From Candidatus Eiseniibacteriota bacterium (GTDB taxonomy: Bacteria; Eisenbacteria; RBG-16-71-46; CAZAMP01), in the NCBI GenBank assembly GCA_965224245.1, contig OZ245046.1, positions 1,056,001 through 1,120,000 on the forward strand: a stretch of 64,000 bases of DNA, read 5' to 3'. The notes beneath the pieces were generated by a model. That model searched no databases, was not told the DNA's origin, and saw only the letters and a list, made by a program, of their open reading frames with translations. Made by a program: the position numbers and the translations under genes. Positions within the stretch are counted from its first letter, which is position 1. Every line of letters begins with the position of its first letter. Positions 19,839 to 29,530 of this stretch are shown piece after piece.

Positions 19839-20594
19839 TCAGCGCGCCGACGGGCGCCCACGACCGAAGAGAACGCCGAAGGAGACGGTCACCTCCGGCC
19901 CGCTGTAGTTGCGATGGCTCCCGATCTGCTGGTCGAAGTCCGCGACGAAGTCGTAGCCACCCGCCACCCCGGCGCGGAAGCGACTGCCGAGGAAGAAGTC
20001 CACGCCCACACCGACGCGAGCGCCGGGAGCACTCTCCGAGAAGGTCTCCACCGCGGCTGCTCCGGTCTCCACGCGACTGTTCGTCGCCGAGCCGAAGAAC
20101 GGCCCCACGGCGATCGAGCCATACGGACGGACGTCGCGCGTCAGGGCGAGCGGCGGCGGGTAGTAGGAGAGTCCGACGAGCACCGCCGTCACCGCGGCGG
20201 ACTCCGAGACGACCTCGCCGGCCTCGACGTCGCTGGTCGCACCGGCGTCGATGAGATTGATGGATACGCCGAGGTTCCAGTCCTGCCTCGCCCAGTATCG
20301 GTAGGAGATCGACGCGACGGCGCCCGCGTCGCGGGCCTCCGAGCGAACACCACCCCGGGAGACGTCGTGGCGGATGGTCACGCTGCTCAGCGTTCCGGCA
20401 GCGAGCGAGAGCCCGTGGCGGCCCTCGAGGAGGAGGAGGTCGGCCCCGCGGGCGTCGGCTCCCGTCGTCCCGGCACGCGCCGGCGCCGGCGAGACGATCG
20501 AGCACGCGAGAAGCGCAAACGCGCAGATCGCACACGCACGGGCCGCGCAGGTGCGGAGCGCGCACGACAGGGGGAACGATGGAGACCGGAACAT
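19839..20594 (-). CDS. Small outer-membrane beta-barrel protein (8-stranded OMP-like)
   Basis: Signal peptide; amphipathic strands, PYGSIAVG, GVGVDFF, terminal strand VTVSFGVLF. Confidence 0.7.
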   Translation of the reverse strand: MFRSPSFPLSCALRTCAARACAICAFALLACSIVSPAPARAGTTGADARGADLLLLEGRHGLSLAAGTLSSVTIRHDVSRGGVRSEARDAGAVASISYRYWARQDWNLGVSINLIDAGATSDVEAGEVVSESAAVTAVLVGLSYYPPPLALTRDVRPYGSIAVGPFFGSATNSRVETGAAAVETFSESAPGARVGVGVDFFLGSRFRAGVAGGYDFVADFDQQIGSHRNYSGPEVTVSFGVLFGRGRPSAR

Positions 20595-21217
20595 CGCGAG
20601 CCTCCTTGCGGCTGGCGGCGGCGGCCATCACCGCAGGCGGGATAGCCGATCAGATCTCCCACGCGACTACGGAGAGGCCGAGGTTTGGGTTCGCCGACTC
20701 TCGTCTCTGAACGACGTTCGGGCCGCGGGGCGGTCAGAGCGACGGCGGCGGGCTCCACGTCCGGACGGCTCAGCCGAAGGATCAGGCGCCTGCCGCCGGA
20801 GCCACGTGCGCGGTCTTCCATCGCGGCGGAGGACAGTGCGACCAGGACCTTCCGGTCTGAGTCCGGCTTCGGCCGGTTCGCCTGCCATGCCTCTCTCGAA
20901 GCCGACTCGGTCGACCTGGTGTCCGTGGAGGGCACGCAGACGCCGACCCGCCGACGCACGTGGAGTCAGATCAAGAGCTACCACGACTAGCATCTCGTGC
21001 TCTCGTCGACAGCTCCTTCCCCCTTTTTCTTCTCCTGCGCGTTCAGTCCACGAATGCACATGTACGGGTGGACATTGCTCCCATCACCGTCGGGGATCGG
21101 CGGTGGTTCGGCCCAAAGAGAGAAGAGGTCCGACCGAGTGGGGCGGTCGAGACGTGGCGTCCTCCGTTGCCGGAGCTCTGGTGCACGGCTGGACCACGCG
21201 GTCACAGGAGGCAACCC

Positions 21218-22837
21218 ATGTGCATTCCGACAATCGAAGGTGCGCATACGACAGCGAGGATCATGGCCAGCGCGGTGTCGATCCTGCTGGCGGCGCTCCC
21301 GGCCTCCGCCGCCGTCGACGGCACGATCGTCGACGCGGCAGTGGCCCGTGGGACGACGGTTGCGAGAGGGGCGGGTTCGGGGGTCTGCACCTTCGCGGAC
21401 GTGAGCCTGTACCCCGCGGAGGCGAGTGTCGTCTCGGTCGCGATCGGAGACGTCGATGGGGACCACGTCGTGGACATGGTCGCGGGTGTCGGTGTCTACG
21501 ATGGCGGCGACGAGGAGCCCGGCCGCGAGGGAGCCGACCCCACCGCCAGATATCGGCCGGACGCGGCCGTGTTTCCAGGCCTCGGAGATGGCACCTTCGG
21601 TCCGGCCCGCCTGGTCGATCTCGGAGGGCTGGGCCGGGGTGCGGACGTCACGCTCGCCGACGTGAACGGCGACGGCATCCTGGACCTGTTGGCGGGCTAC
21701 GGCCGCCATGTCGACGTGCGCACGGACGTCCACCTGGGTCAGGGCGATGCGACCTTCGTGCTCGCGGCCTCGTACGACTCCGTGGGGCCTCCGCACGTGG
21801 CCGGGGATCTGAACGGCGACGACGTCCAGGATCTGGTCGGCGTGGACGAAGGAGGGGTCGTCGGGGTGCGACTCGGATCCGGAGATGGATCGTTCGGTGG
21901 GGCGAGCTACTACGAATCCGGTGCGCTCTCCTCCAGAGTGCTCGATCTGGGGGATCTGAATGGTGACGGGGCTCCCGACTTGGTCGTGGGCGGTCACCAC
22001 TCGGGGGCCCGCGGCATCGCGATTGTGCTCGGTCGGGGGGATGGGTCGTTTGCTGGAGCCGTCTTCCACTCCTTCCCGGTGAGCGTGTTCGTCGTTGGGA
22101 TCCGAATCGCGGACTTCGACCGGGATGGCATCGCGGACATCGCACTCGTGGGCGCATACTCGCCCGAGGGCATCCTGCTCATCGGGCTCGGAGACGGCGC
22201 GCTGTTCTGGACGCACTACTTCGAGACCGGAGGAGCCCGGGGTCAGCTCGAGGTCGAGGACCTGAACTGCGACGGGCTCCTGGATGTCGCCATCCTCGAC
22301 AGTCAGACGACGGGCGAACCCACCCGGGTGGCCATCCTGTTCGGTTCCGGAGGAGAGACGTTTGCGCCTCCGGTGTTTCACACCGTCTACGCTCGCGGCG
22401 AGCTCGCGATCGCAGACCTGAACCACGACGAGATCCCCGACTTCGCGGTGGCGGGGGGGACCACCACGAGTCGCGTGTCGGTACTGCTCGGGCAGGAGGT
22501 CCGATACACGCCGGTCGAGCTGCTCGACTTCGACGTGCACGCCTCCGGAAACGGCGTGACGCTCCGCTGGGTCACCGGGTGGGAGCGCGACCTGCGTGGG
22601 TTCGACGTCACTATGGAGTGCCGGTGGCATCGGGATCTACTACATCCGGCTCACGCACGGGGACCACGAGGACACGAGCGTCGTTCAGCGGATCCGGTGA
22701 TCGGGTCGTCTCCGGCCGTCATTCCCGCGGAAGCGTGCCCCGGATCCGGGCCGCGACCTTCTCCGCGCCGCCGTCCATGTTGGCCAGCGTCGCCACCGTG
22801 TACCCCGCATCGGGATAGATGTCGAGAACCCCGTTGA
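21218..22837 (+). CDS. FG-GAP/VCBS repeat protein, probably 3'-truncated
   Basis: AGGAG RBS; repeats (G/A)DxNGDGxxDL..GxGDGxF; TPVELLDF...VTLRW linker, then a low-complexity tail overlapping the convergent gene by 119 bp. Confidence 0.8.
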   Translation: MCIPTIEGAHTTARIMASAVSILLAALPASAAVDGTIVDAAVARGTTVARGAGSGVCTFADVSLYPAEASVVSVAIGDVDGDHVVDMVAGVGVYDGGDEEPGREGADPTARYRPDAAVFPGLGDGTFGPARLVDLGGLGRGADVTLADVNGDGILDLLAGYGRHVDVRTDVHLGQGDATFVLAASYDSVGPPHVAGDLNGDDVQDLVGVDEGGVVGVRLGSGDGSFGGASYYESGALSSRVLDLGDLNGDGAPDLVVGGHHSGARGIAIVLGRGDGSFAGAVFHSFPVSVFVVGIRIADFDRDGIADIALVGAYSPEGILLIGLGDGALFWTHYFETGGARGQLEVEDLNCDGLLDVAILDSQTTGEPTRVAILFGSGGETFAPPVFHTVYARGELAIADLNHDEIPDFAVAGGTTTSRVSVLLGQEVRYTPVELLDFDVHASGNGVTLRWVTGWERDLRGFDVTMECRWHRDLLHPAHARGPRGHERRSADPVIGSSPAVIPAEACPGSGPRPSPRRRPCWPASPPCTPHRDRCREPR

Positions 22838-24164
22838 TGCCCGGGAAGCCGCCCGCGTGCCCGAACGACAGAAGACCGTCGGCGGTCCTCCGCAGCGTGA
22901 ATCCGTAGCCATAGCCCCGCGCGATCCCGGCGCGAGCGCCGCGATCGGACGTCCACGCGGTCATGAGATCCAGCGTCTCGGAGGAGACGAGTCGTCCCCC
23001 GACGAGGGCGTTCGCGAATCGCGCCAGGTCCCCGACGGTCGAGTAGCCGCCACCGGCGGGGGTGCCCTTGACCGAGTGGAGGAGCGTGTTCTCGCGAAGG
23101 TGCCCCTCGTCCTCGTAGTAGCCCACGGCCAGGTTCGGGTCGGTGCCGTCGGACTCGTAGCTGTCCGTGGCGAGCATCCCCGCGGGTCGGTAGACGTGTT
23201 CGCGGATGTAGTCGAAGTAGGTCTCGGCACTCACCGCCTCGATGATCATGCCCAGCACGAAGAAGCCCGCGTTGGAGTATGAGAACCGCGTCCCGGGGGA
23301 GAATGCGAGCGGCTCGTCCACGAAGAGCGGCAGGTAGTCCGCGGGCTCGCGGTACTCGAGCTTCGAGGCCAGCAGGAACTCCTCGGTGAAGTGCGTACCC
23401 ATTCCGGACGTGTGGGTCAGGAGATGCCGGACGGTGACGCTGTCGCGGACCTGCGGGTTGGGATAGTCTGGAAGATGCGTGCCGACGACGTCGTCCCAGC
23501 CGATCCGCCCGGCCTCGACGAGCTGAGCGACGGCCACTGCCGTGAACATCTTGTTCATGGAGCCGAGGTTGAACCGGGTGTCCACGTCGTTGGGCACGCC
23601 GCAGCGCCGGTGCGCCAGTCCCCAGGCACCCTCGAAGATCACATGACCATCGTGGGCAATGAGGGCGGTTCCCGAGAAACGTCCCTCCCCCGCGATGGAA
23701 TCGACGTAGGCACGCGTGGCCTCGACCAGCGCGTCGTCGTCTGCCGCCACGACGGGAGCGTTCTCCGGGGAGTCGGTCTCCTCGACGCGCAGCCCGTCGA
23801 TCCGATGCGGGGGATCCGCCTCGGCGCGAAGGCTCAGACGGACGTACTCGTCAGAGCGCGTCCGGCACACCACGACGATCTCGAGCTCCCGGTCGACCTC
23901 GACGACGAGCGGTTCCACTCCGGCGAGATCCTCGGCGGTCCGTCGCAGCATCGACATGCGGTCCTCGATCGAGCCCATGCTCTGGATCCGATCACTCAGC
24001 TGCGTCGTGACGAACGCGCGAACCCGGTCGTCGTCGGCGGGGTGGACGAGCGTGGTCAGCCAGCTCGACATCAGTCGTCCGGCCACGGTCTGGGGCAGAT
24101 CGACGGCCACCGCCGGGAGCACGACGGTGAGCAGCACCGCGGTCGACAAGAGCATTTTCTTCAC
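22719..24164 (-). CDS. Secreted serine hydrolase, beta-lactamase class C/AmpC-like family, with N-terminal extra domain
   Basis: GGAGGA RBS and GTG start; signal peptide; FNLGSMNK (SxxK), LLTHTSG, FSYSN (YxN), FGHAGG. Confidence 0.9.
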   Translation of the reverse strand: MKKMLLSTAVLLTVVLPAVAVDLPQTVAGRLMSSWLTTLVHPADDDRVRAFVTTQLSDRIQSMGSIEDRMSMLRRTAEDLAGVEPLVVEVDRELEIVVVCRTRSDEYVRLSLRAEADPPHRIDGLRVEETDSPENAPVVAADDDALVEATRAYVDSIAGEGRFSGTALIAHDGHVIFEGAWGLAHRRCGVPNDVDTRFNLGSMNKMFTAVAVAQLVEAGRIGWDDVVGTHLPDYPNPQVRDSVTVRHLLTHTSGMGTHFTEEFLLASKLEYREPADYLPLFVDEPLAFSPGTRFSYSNAGFFVLGMIIEAVSAETYFDYIREHVYRPAGMLATDSYESDGTDPNLAVGYYEDEGHLRENTLLHSVKGTPAGGGYSTVGDLARFANALVGGRLVSSETLDLMTAWTSDRGARAGIARGYGYGFTLRRTADGLLSFGHAGGFPGINGVLDIYPDAGYTVATLANMDGGAEKVAARIRGTLPRE

Positions 24165-24354
24165 GTCGCATCCTCCAGACGGGCGTCGACCATCCGTCGG
24201 AACCGACCGGCACCGCGCCGACGTTCGGACCACTCGAGCGCGTGTCGTAGACTGCCAGGAAGACGATGCAAGTGCCAGGCCTCCAGCACCGCGTGTCGTT
24301 CTCTTGCGCCGATCGTGGCCGCGATACCCGCACGCCTGGAACGGCGGGGGAGGA

Positions 24355-24394
24355 GCAAGAAAAAGACCCCCCGACACGCTGGGTGTCGAGGGGC
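24355..24394 (-). terminator. Rho-independent terminator of 24421-25014
   Basis: Minus strand CCCCTCGACAC-loop-GTGTCGGGGGG followed by TCTTTTTCTT. Confidence 0.65.
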
Positions 24395-24420
24395 CGATGA
24401 CGTGGATCGGACGCGAACGA

Positions 24421-25014
24421 TCAATAGAGCGACTTGATGCGGCTCCAGCTGGTCGACTCGACGGGAGTGGACGAGTCACCCGTGAACACGACCGTGCACA
24501 TTCCCTCGGAGTTGATCTCCACGCTGCCGCACCCCGTGACCACCGTGTTGGTCTCCATGTAGCGGAGCTCGAACGGCGACATGCGGGGCGTGAAGTCGAA
24601 CGACGCCTGGATCGGGCCCAGTCCGTGCTCGGGCAGGATCTGGAACGTCCCAACGACCTCACCGTCGATCATGAAGTTCATGTCGATGAAGCCGCAGCCC
24701 GGCGTGAGGCCGTTGCGATCGAGAAAGATCTCGATGTCGGCGTGGTCGACGGGATTGAGATCGGTGGTGTGCTCACCGTAGGCGGTGTCGCCGGCGTTCC
24801 ACCAGTGGGGGAAATACACCACGTTCCACGTGTCCGCGGGAATGCTCGGGAAGATGACGGTGCTCTCGCCGACGGCGGTTGCCCCGTGATACTCGCCCGG
24901 TACGTGCTCGACCTCGTCCTGCTGGATACCGTTGTTGTCTGCATCCGACGCGTACGCGACGCTACCGGCCACCGTCAACGCCGCCGCTAACGTGAACCCG
25001 AGAACATGACGCAT
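24421..25014 (-). CDS. Small secreted protein with C-terminal TPVESTSWSRIKSLY tail
   Basis: GAGGAG RBS; signal peptide; conserved terminal motif. Confidence 0.8.
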   Translation of the reverse strand: MRHVLGFTLAAALTVAGSVAYASDADNNGIQQDEVEHVPGEYHGATAVGESTVIFPSIPADTWNVVYFPHWWNAGDTAYGEHTTDLNPVDHADIEIFLDRNGLTPGCGFIDMNFMIDGEVVGTFQILPEHGLGPIQASFDFTPRMSPFELRYMETNTVVTGCGSVEINSEGMCTVVFTGDSSTPVESTSWSRIKSLY

Positions 25015-25497
25015 GGGAGACTCCTCTCGGTGTCAGACCTGGTACACGATCGTTCGTCGTGCACGTCCGATGAGCTCGACCCGGCCAGCGAGGCGTACCA
25101 CCACGTCGGATCGACGCTACTACACAGCCCACAATGATACCACCGTTTGGCGGGGGTGGAGCAGAGAGAAAGTCCATGCGGATTCTGCTACGTGGTGGCT
25201 CGCGGCACCCCGCCCGGCGATGACGCCGGGGAGGGGCGCGAGCGCGACGATCTCCTCGTCGGCGCGTCCGACGTCTTCCGCCACGAGAAGAGCGCGCACT
25301 TGTCCCGGTGGCGAAGCTCCGAGGCCGCGCGATCGACCGCCGGTAGAATGTCCGGCGCGAGCTTCAGGAGCAGGTCCGTCGACAGGACGCCGACGTGATC
25401 GTCGTCCGGTGTGCCCGATCTGCGCCCTGAAGGCGGCTCCCCGCAGATCGGCCTCGTCGACACGCGGATCCGCCCAGCGGTCCACCGACCGCGTCGG

Positions 25498-27966
25498 TCA
25501 GAGTCCGTCCTCCGCCAGAGAGGTCATCTCCGGATGCTGGACGTGCATGTCGAACCACCGGAGCTGCTCCCAGAGCACGTGCTCGATGCTCTCCCGGGAT
25601 CGGTATCCGTGATCCTCGAACGGCAGCAGGACGAGGCGCGCGATGCCTCCGGCGCCACGAACGGCCTCGAAGAACACCTCCGACTGGAACGTCAGCGTTC
25701 CCGGATTCGAATCGTCGTCACCGTGGATGATGAGGATCGGCTCCTGTATCTGGTCCGCGAAGAAGGTCGGCGAGACCTGGATGTAGACGTCCCTGGCCTC
25801 GAACAGGGAGCGCCGCTCGGACTGGAATCCGAACGGCTGGTTCGTCTTGTTGTACGAGCCGCTCCGCGCGATGCCGGCCCGGAAGAGGTCGGTGTGCGCG
25901 AGCAGGTTGGCCACCATGAGTCCGCCGTGACTGTGACCGATGACGCCGATCCGATCGGGATCGGTCACTCCGATCTCCACCGCCTTGGCCACGGCGGCCT
26001 CCGCGTCGGCCACGAGCTGCGGCACGAACGTGTCATACGTCGTCTCGGGGTCGCCGAGCATGGGCATGGCGGTCTGGTCGAGGACCGCGTAGCCACGCAG
26101 GAGGAAGAACAGCGGCGTCGCGCCCCAGAAGCGGCTGAAGCGCTGGACCGATCCGCGGACCTGTCCCGCCGTGGACGCGCCGGAGTACTCGAGCGGATAG
26201 GCGTAGACCACCGTCGGCAGCCGGGTTCCCTCCTCGTAGCCGGGAGGCAGATACAGGTGGAAGCTGAGCGGCACGCCGTCTTCGCGCTCGTAGCGCACGA
26301 TGCGCTTCTCGATCTCGCGCAGCTGCGGGGTGGGATCCGCGAACCGCGTGATCGGCTCGCGTGTCAGGGCCCGCGTCGCCTCGCCGTCCTCCGCGTCGAT
26401 CTCGGCGCCCAGCGTCGCGAGGTAGTAGTTGGGAACGTCGGAAGCGGACTCGGAGCGCATCACGAAACGATCGTCGTCGCCGGCGAACGCCACGAACGAC
26501 TCGTACCGATCCGGGTCGCAACGAAACAGACGTTCGGTCTCGCCCGTGCCCAGGTGACGTAGATCGAGAAAGGGCCGATCGCCCTGATCGGTGGCGCCAC
26601 TTCCGCGGAAGTAGACCACGTCTCCGTTCTGTCGCAGCACCCACCGTCCGTTCGCCAGCGGGCGGAGCACGGGCTTGCCGGGATCTCCGTAACGATCGCC
26701 CTCGTCGAGATCGAACCACGGACGCGACGTGCCGTCGGCGACGTTCACGAGGGACACGTATCGCCAGCGACGTATCCGCTCGCGCTGTGTGAGAACCAGC
26801 GTGTCGCCGTCCTCGGTCCACACGGTCCACCAGGGCTGGATGCGATGCTGCGCGCGGAAGACCTCCTTTGGTTCCTCGGTGAACGGCGCGTCCAGTCGCA
26901 CGATCCGGTCGCGGTGGGGGACCTCCGCCACCGGGTCTCCGCCGTCGAGGGCTTCGACCCAGAAGAGCGTGTGGGGCGCGGTCGGGCGCCAGGAGACGGC
27001 ACGCGGACCCTCCGGCACCCCGTGCGTTGGAACGCTGTCGGCCAGGGGGAGCGAGGCGACGCTCGCGACCACGTCACCATCCGCGTTCCAGACCTCTATC
27101 TCGCTGGCGAAGCGCCACCAGGCCACCTCGTGCGACCAGGGCGCGACCAGACGCTCGACCAGGATGAAGCGCCCGTCCGGGGAGAACTCCGCCGTCGTGT
27201 AGGGCGCCGCCTCACCGAGCACCGTCGTCTTGCCCGACGTCGGATCCACGATCACGGGCTGGCACTGGGCGTAGTACTCGAACAGTGCCTCGTCGTGAGC
27301 GGTCTCGAGCAGGTTGCGCGCCTCGTACGTGGAGCGTGCCGTCGCCTCGTCACCTTCGAGGATCTCGGGGCCCAGCGGGATCACCGGCGCCGCCGGCGAC
27401 TCACCGCGCTCCGGGATGCGAAGCACGACGAGACGCCGCTGGTCGGGCAGCCAGGCCACCTGCTTGCCGAGGAGCGGATTGAGAACGAGGCCGTCGATCT
27501 CCGTCAGATCACCTCGCACCGAGCCGACCCACAGGCCGATGTGATCGGGGTATCCGACGGTGGCGGCGAAGCGAGTGCCGTCGGCGGTCCAGCTGACGTC
27601 GAGGACCTCGGCGTCCGCGGGCAGATCGAGGGGGGTCGTCGTGCCGTCCTCGACCCGGACCAGACGCGGGGAGGTCCCCCCGTGCCAGCCGTGAAAGCCG
27701 TTGGTGGCCGGATTGACGCGCATGCCGGCGAGCTTGTGCATGGGCGCGGCGAGCTCGGAGAGCGGCGGATACGTCATCGGATCCGCGAGGAACAGGTGCT
27801 CACCGGTGGGCGTCGTCCATACCCACGGGAGCTGTGGTGCGTGGAGAACCTCCAGCACGTCCGGGTCGGGAGACTGCCACCCGGTGGTCGCGGGGGAGCG
27901 GGTGCCGTCCGCGGCGGCGATGGAGGCCAGCATCGTGATCACGAGGCCGGTCAGAAGACGGGACAT
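25498..27966 (-). CDS. S9 family prolyl oligopeptidase-like serine peptidase (resembles S9D glutamyl endopeptidase)
   Basis: Signal peptide; propeller domain; GHSHGG nucleophile, GIARSGSYN..PFGFQSE, IHGDDDSN, PFEDHGY. Confidence 0.9.
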   Translation of the reverse strand: MSRLLTGLVITMLASIAAADGTRSPATTGWQSPDPDVLEVLHAPQLPWVWTTPTGEHLFLADPMTYPPLSELAAPMHKLAGMRVNPATNGFHGWHGGTSPRLVRVEDGTTTPLDLPADAEVLDVSWTADGTRFAATVGYPDHIGLWVGSVRGDLTEIDGLVLNPLLGKQVAWLPDQRRLVVLRIPERGESPAAPVIPLGPEILEGDEATARSTYEARNLLETAHDEALFEYYAQCQPVIVDPTSGKTTVLGEAAPYTTAEFSPDGRFILVERLVAPWSHEVAWWRFASEIEVWNADGDVVASVASLPLADSVPTHGVPEGPRAVSWRPTAPHTLFWVEALDGGDPVAEVPHRDRIVRLDAPFTEEPKEVFRAQHRIQPWWTVWTEDGDTLVLTQRERIRRWRYVSLVNVADGTSRPWFDLDEGDRYGDPGKPVLRPLANGRWVLRQNGDVVYFRGSGATDQGDRPFLDLRHLGTGETERLFRCDPDRYESFVAFAGDDDRFVMRSESASDVPNYYLATLGAEIDAEDGEATRALTREPITRFADPTPQLREIEKRIVRYEREDGVPLSFHLYLPPGYEEGTRLPTVVYAYPLEYSGASTAGQVRGSVQRFSRFWGATPLFFLLRGYAVLDQTAMPMLGDPETTYDTFVPQLVADAEAAVAKAVEIGVTDPDRIGVIGHSHGGLMVANLLAHTDLFRAGIARSGSYNKTNQPFGFQSERRSLFEARDVYIQVSPTFFADQIQEPILIIHGDDDSNPGTLTFQSEVFFEAVRGAGGIARLVLLPFEDHGYRSRESIEHVLWEQLRWFDMHVQHPEMTSLAEDGL

Positions 27967-28171
27967 GATGCGCGTCCTCGCTTCCTGGATGAAGTGAATG
28001 CCGTGAGCCGAACATTGAATGTGGGTAGCGTAGTGGGTTCACGGGGGGGCGTTCAAGCACGAGGTCGACGGTCAGGAACGGACCTGCGTCGTGAGCGAGC
28101 AGGTGTCCGACCTCGCACGGAGGTCGGGATCGTCTGCCCGTTCATCGGCGCGGGATGCGGCGGTGACGCCC

Positions 28172-29278
28172 TCAGCGTGCGCACTCGAAGCTCTCGAAGT
28201 GGCGGATCAGACCCCGAGCTTCCTCGCCCGACACGTCGATACGGAACCGGCGGACGAACTCCAGGAAGAGACCGAGGTTCGTGTCGTGGTCGTACGGCGC
28301 GAGCGACGACGTGACGTCTCCTCTCAGCTCCGCGTTCACGTCGAGGGTGAGCGTGGGGGCGTCGCAGGAGAAGTCGAGGTGCTCGAGCGAGACGTACCGG
28401 GGTGCGGGGCTCGCCGCGGTCCGAAACCACACCCTCCTCGCGCGGAGATCGTGGACCACCGACCACTGCGCGACGGGGTCGATGAAGGGGTCGTCGAGGG
28501 TCTCGAAACCGTAGTCCACGGCGCCGGCATGGCCGGCGTCGTCGTCCGGCCCGGCCGTGACGCCGGCGGCGAAGGTCTCCAGCCGGTCCACCACGTGGGA
28601 GAAGCGCTGGGCCGAGTCATCGGGGTTTGCCCACCACCAGCGGGCGCCGCCTCGCTCGTGCGCCTTCACGGCCCGTTCGTACCGCATGTTCGTGAGGACC
28701 CGGAACGGAAGGTCCTCGCCGCGGTAGACGACGAGACGGCCATCCAGGTACTCGAACACGGCACAGTCGCCGCTGGCGTCCGCCAGAAAGAAGTGAGACC
28801 GGACCTCCTGCTCCTCGTCGATCCGCACCCGGCTGTCCACCGCGACGGCCGCCTCGACGCTTCCGCACGTGTCCAGAACGTATTGCACCCAGGACCCCGA
28901 GTCGAGCGGGGCTCGGCTGTCCGGCTCCGGCGCCTCGGAGGCCCGCAGGTACAGTGTGTCCACGACGAGGCCGGCCTCGTTCATGCCGTTCTGCGCGAAC
29001 TCGATGCCCGCTTCGGCGAACGTGACGCTTCCATACCGGGAGACCCACTTGAAGTAGTCCCCGACGATGCCGGCCCGGAAGCTCTGCTTCTCGACGTCGC
29101 GACGGTTCACGATCAGCACGCCGCGGATGGGCACGGGGAACTCGACGCTGATGCCCACGAGCGCCCTCGATGGCGTCTCCAAGTGAAAGGCGGTGCCGGC
29201 GCGAACGGCGTCTCCGACGAGACACACGAGGAGCAGCGAGACGAGGGCCACGCGGATCGCGGTGCCTGGGGGTTTCAT
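28172..29278 (-). CDS. Linear amide C-N hydrolase (choloylglycine hydrolase/penicillin V acylase fold) lacking the catalytic Cys1
   Basis: KWVSRYGSVTF, GMNEAGL, WVQYVLD, HFFLADASG, LTN, QWSVVHDL; mature N-terminus is GTAF rather than CTAF. Confidence 0.8.
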   Translation of the reverse strand: MKPPGTAIRVALVSLLLVCLVGDAVRAGTAFHLETPSRALVGISVEFPVPIRGVLIVNRRDVEKQSFRAGIVGDYFKWVSRYGSVTFAEAGIEFAQNGMNEAGLVVDTLYLRASEAPEPDSRAPLDSGSWVQYVLDTCGSVEAAVAVDSRVRIDEEQEVRSHFFLADASGDCAVFEYLDGRLVVYRGEDLPFRVLTNMRYERAVKAHERGGARWWWANPDDSAQRFSHVVDRLETFAAGVTAGPDDDAGHAGAVDYGFETLDDPFIDPVAQWSVVHDLRARRVWFRTAASPAPRYVSLEHLDFSCDAPTLTLDVNAELRGDVTSSLAPYDHDTNLGLFLEFVRRFRIDVSGEEARGLIRHFESFECAR

Positions 29279-29530
29279 GCCGCTCCTTTGCCGTGAGAGG
29301 TCCGGCGTGGCAGTCGGGTCTTCACCGGACGGAATCGGGGCCAGCATGCACGTCTTCGGCGGATCCGGTCAAGGCGACCACGGGACCGGATCGGTACGCA
29401 GGAGAGTCGATCGGCCCTCGCGGGGGCGCCGCCGGCCCGCTCGTCCCCGGTGGACGGCCGGTGGTCCCAATGCCGTTCGCCGGATTCGGGTCGGCGCGCT
29501 ACAGTGACGGCACGCCGAACAGGGGGTCAC

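Noticed and set aside
20640-21217. ORFs 20667-21059 and 20685-20990, and the upstream extension of 20960-22837
   Set aside because: No recognisable protein features; more likely a divergent promoter region.
22719-24164. Calling the serine hydrolase an antibiotic-resistance beta-lactamase
   Set aside because: The motifs fit the broad AmpC-like esterase/peptidase family, and substrate cannot be inferred from sequence.
25015-25497. Short ORFs between the W-tail gene and the S9 peptidase
   Set aside because: No recognisable motif, RBS or consistent frame.
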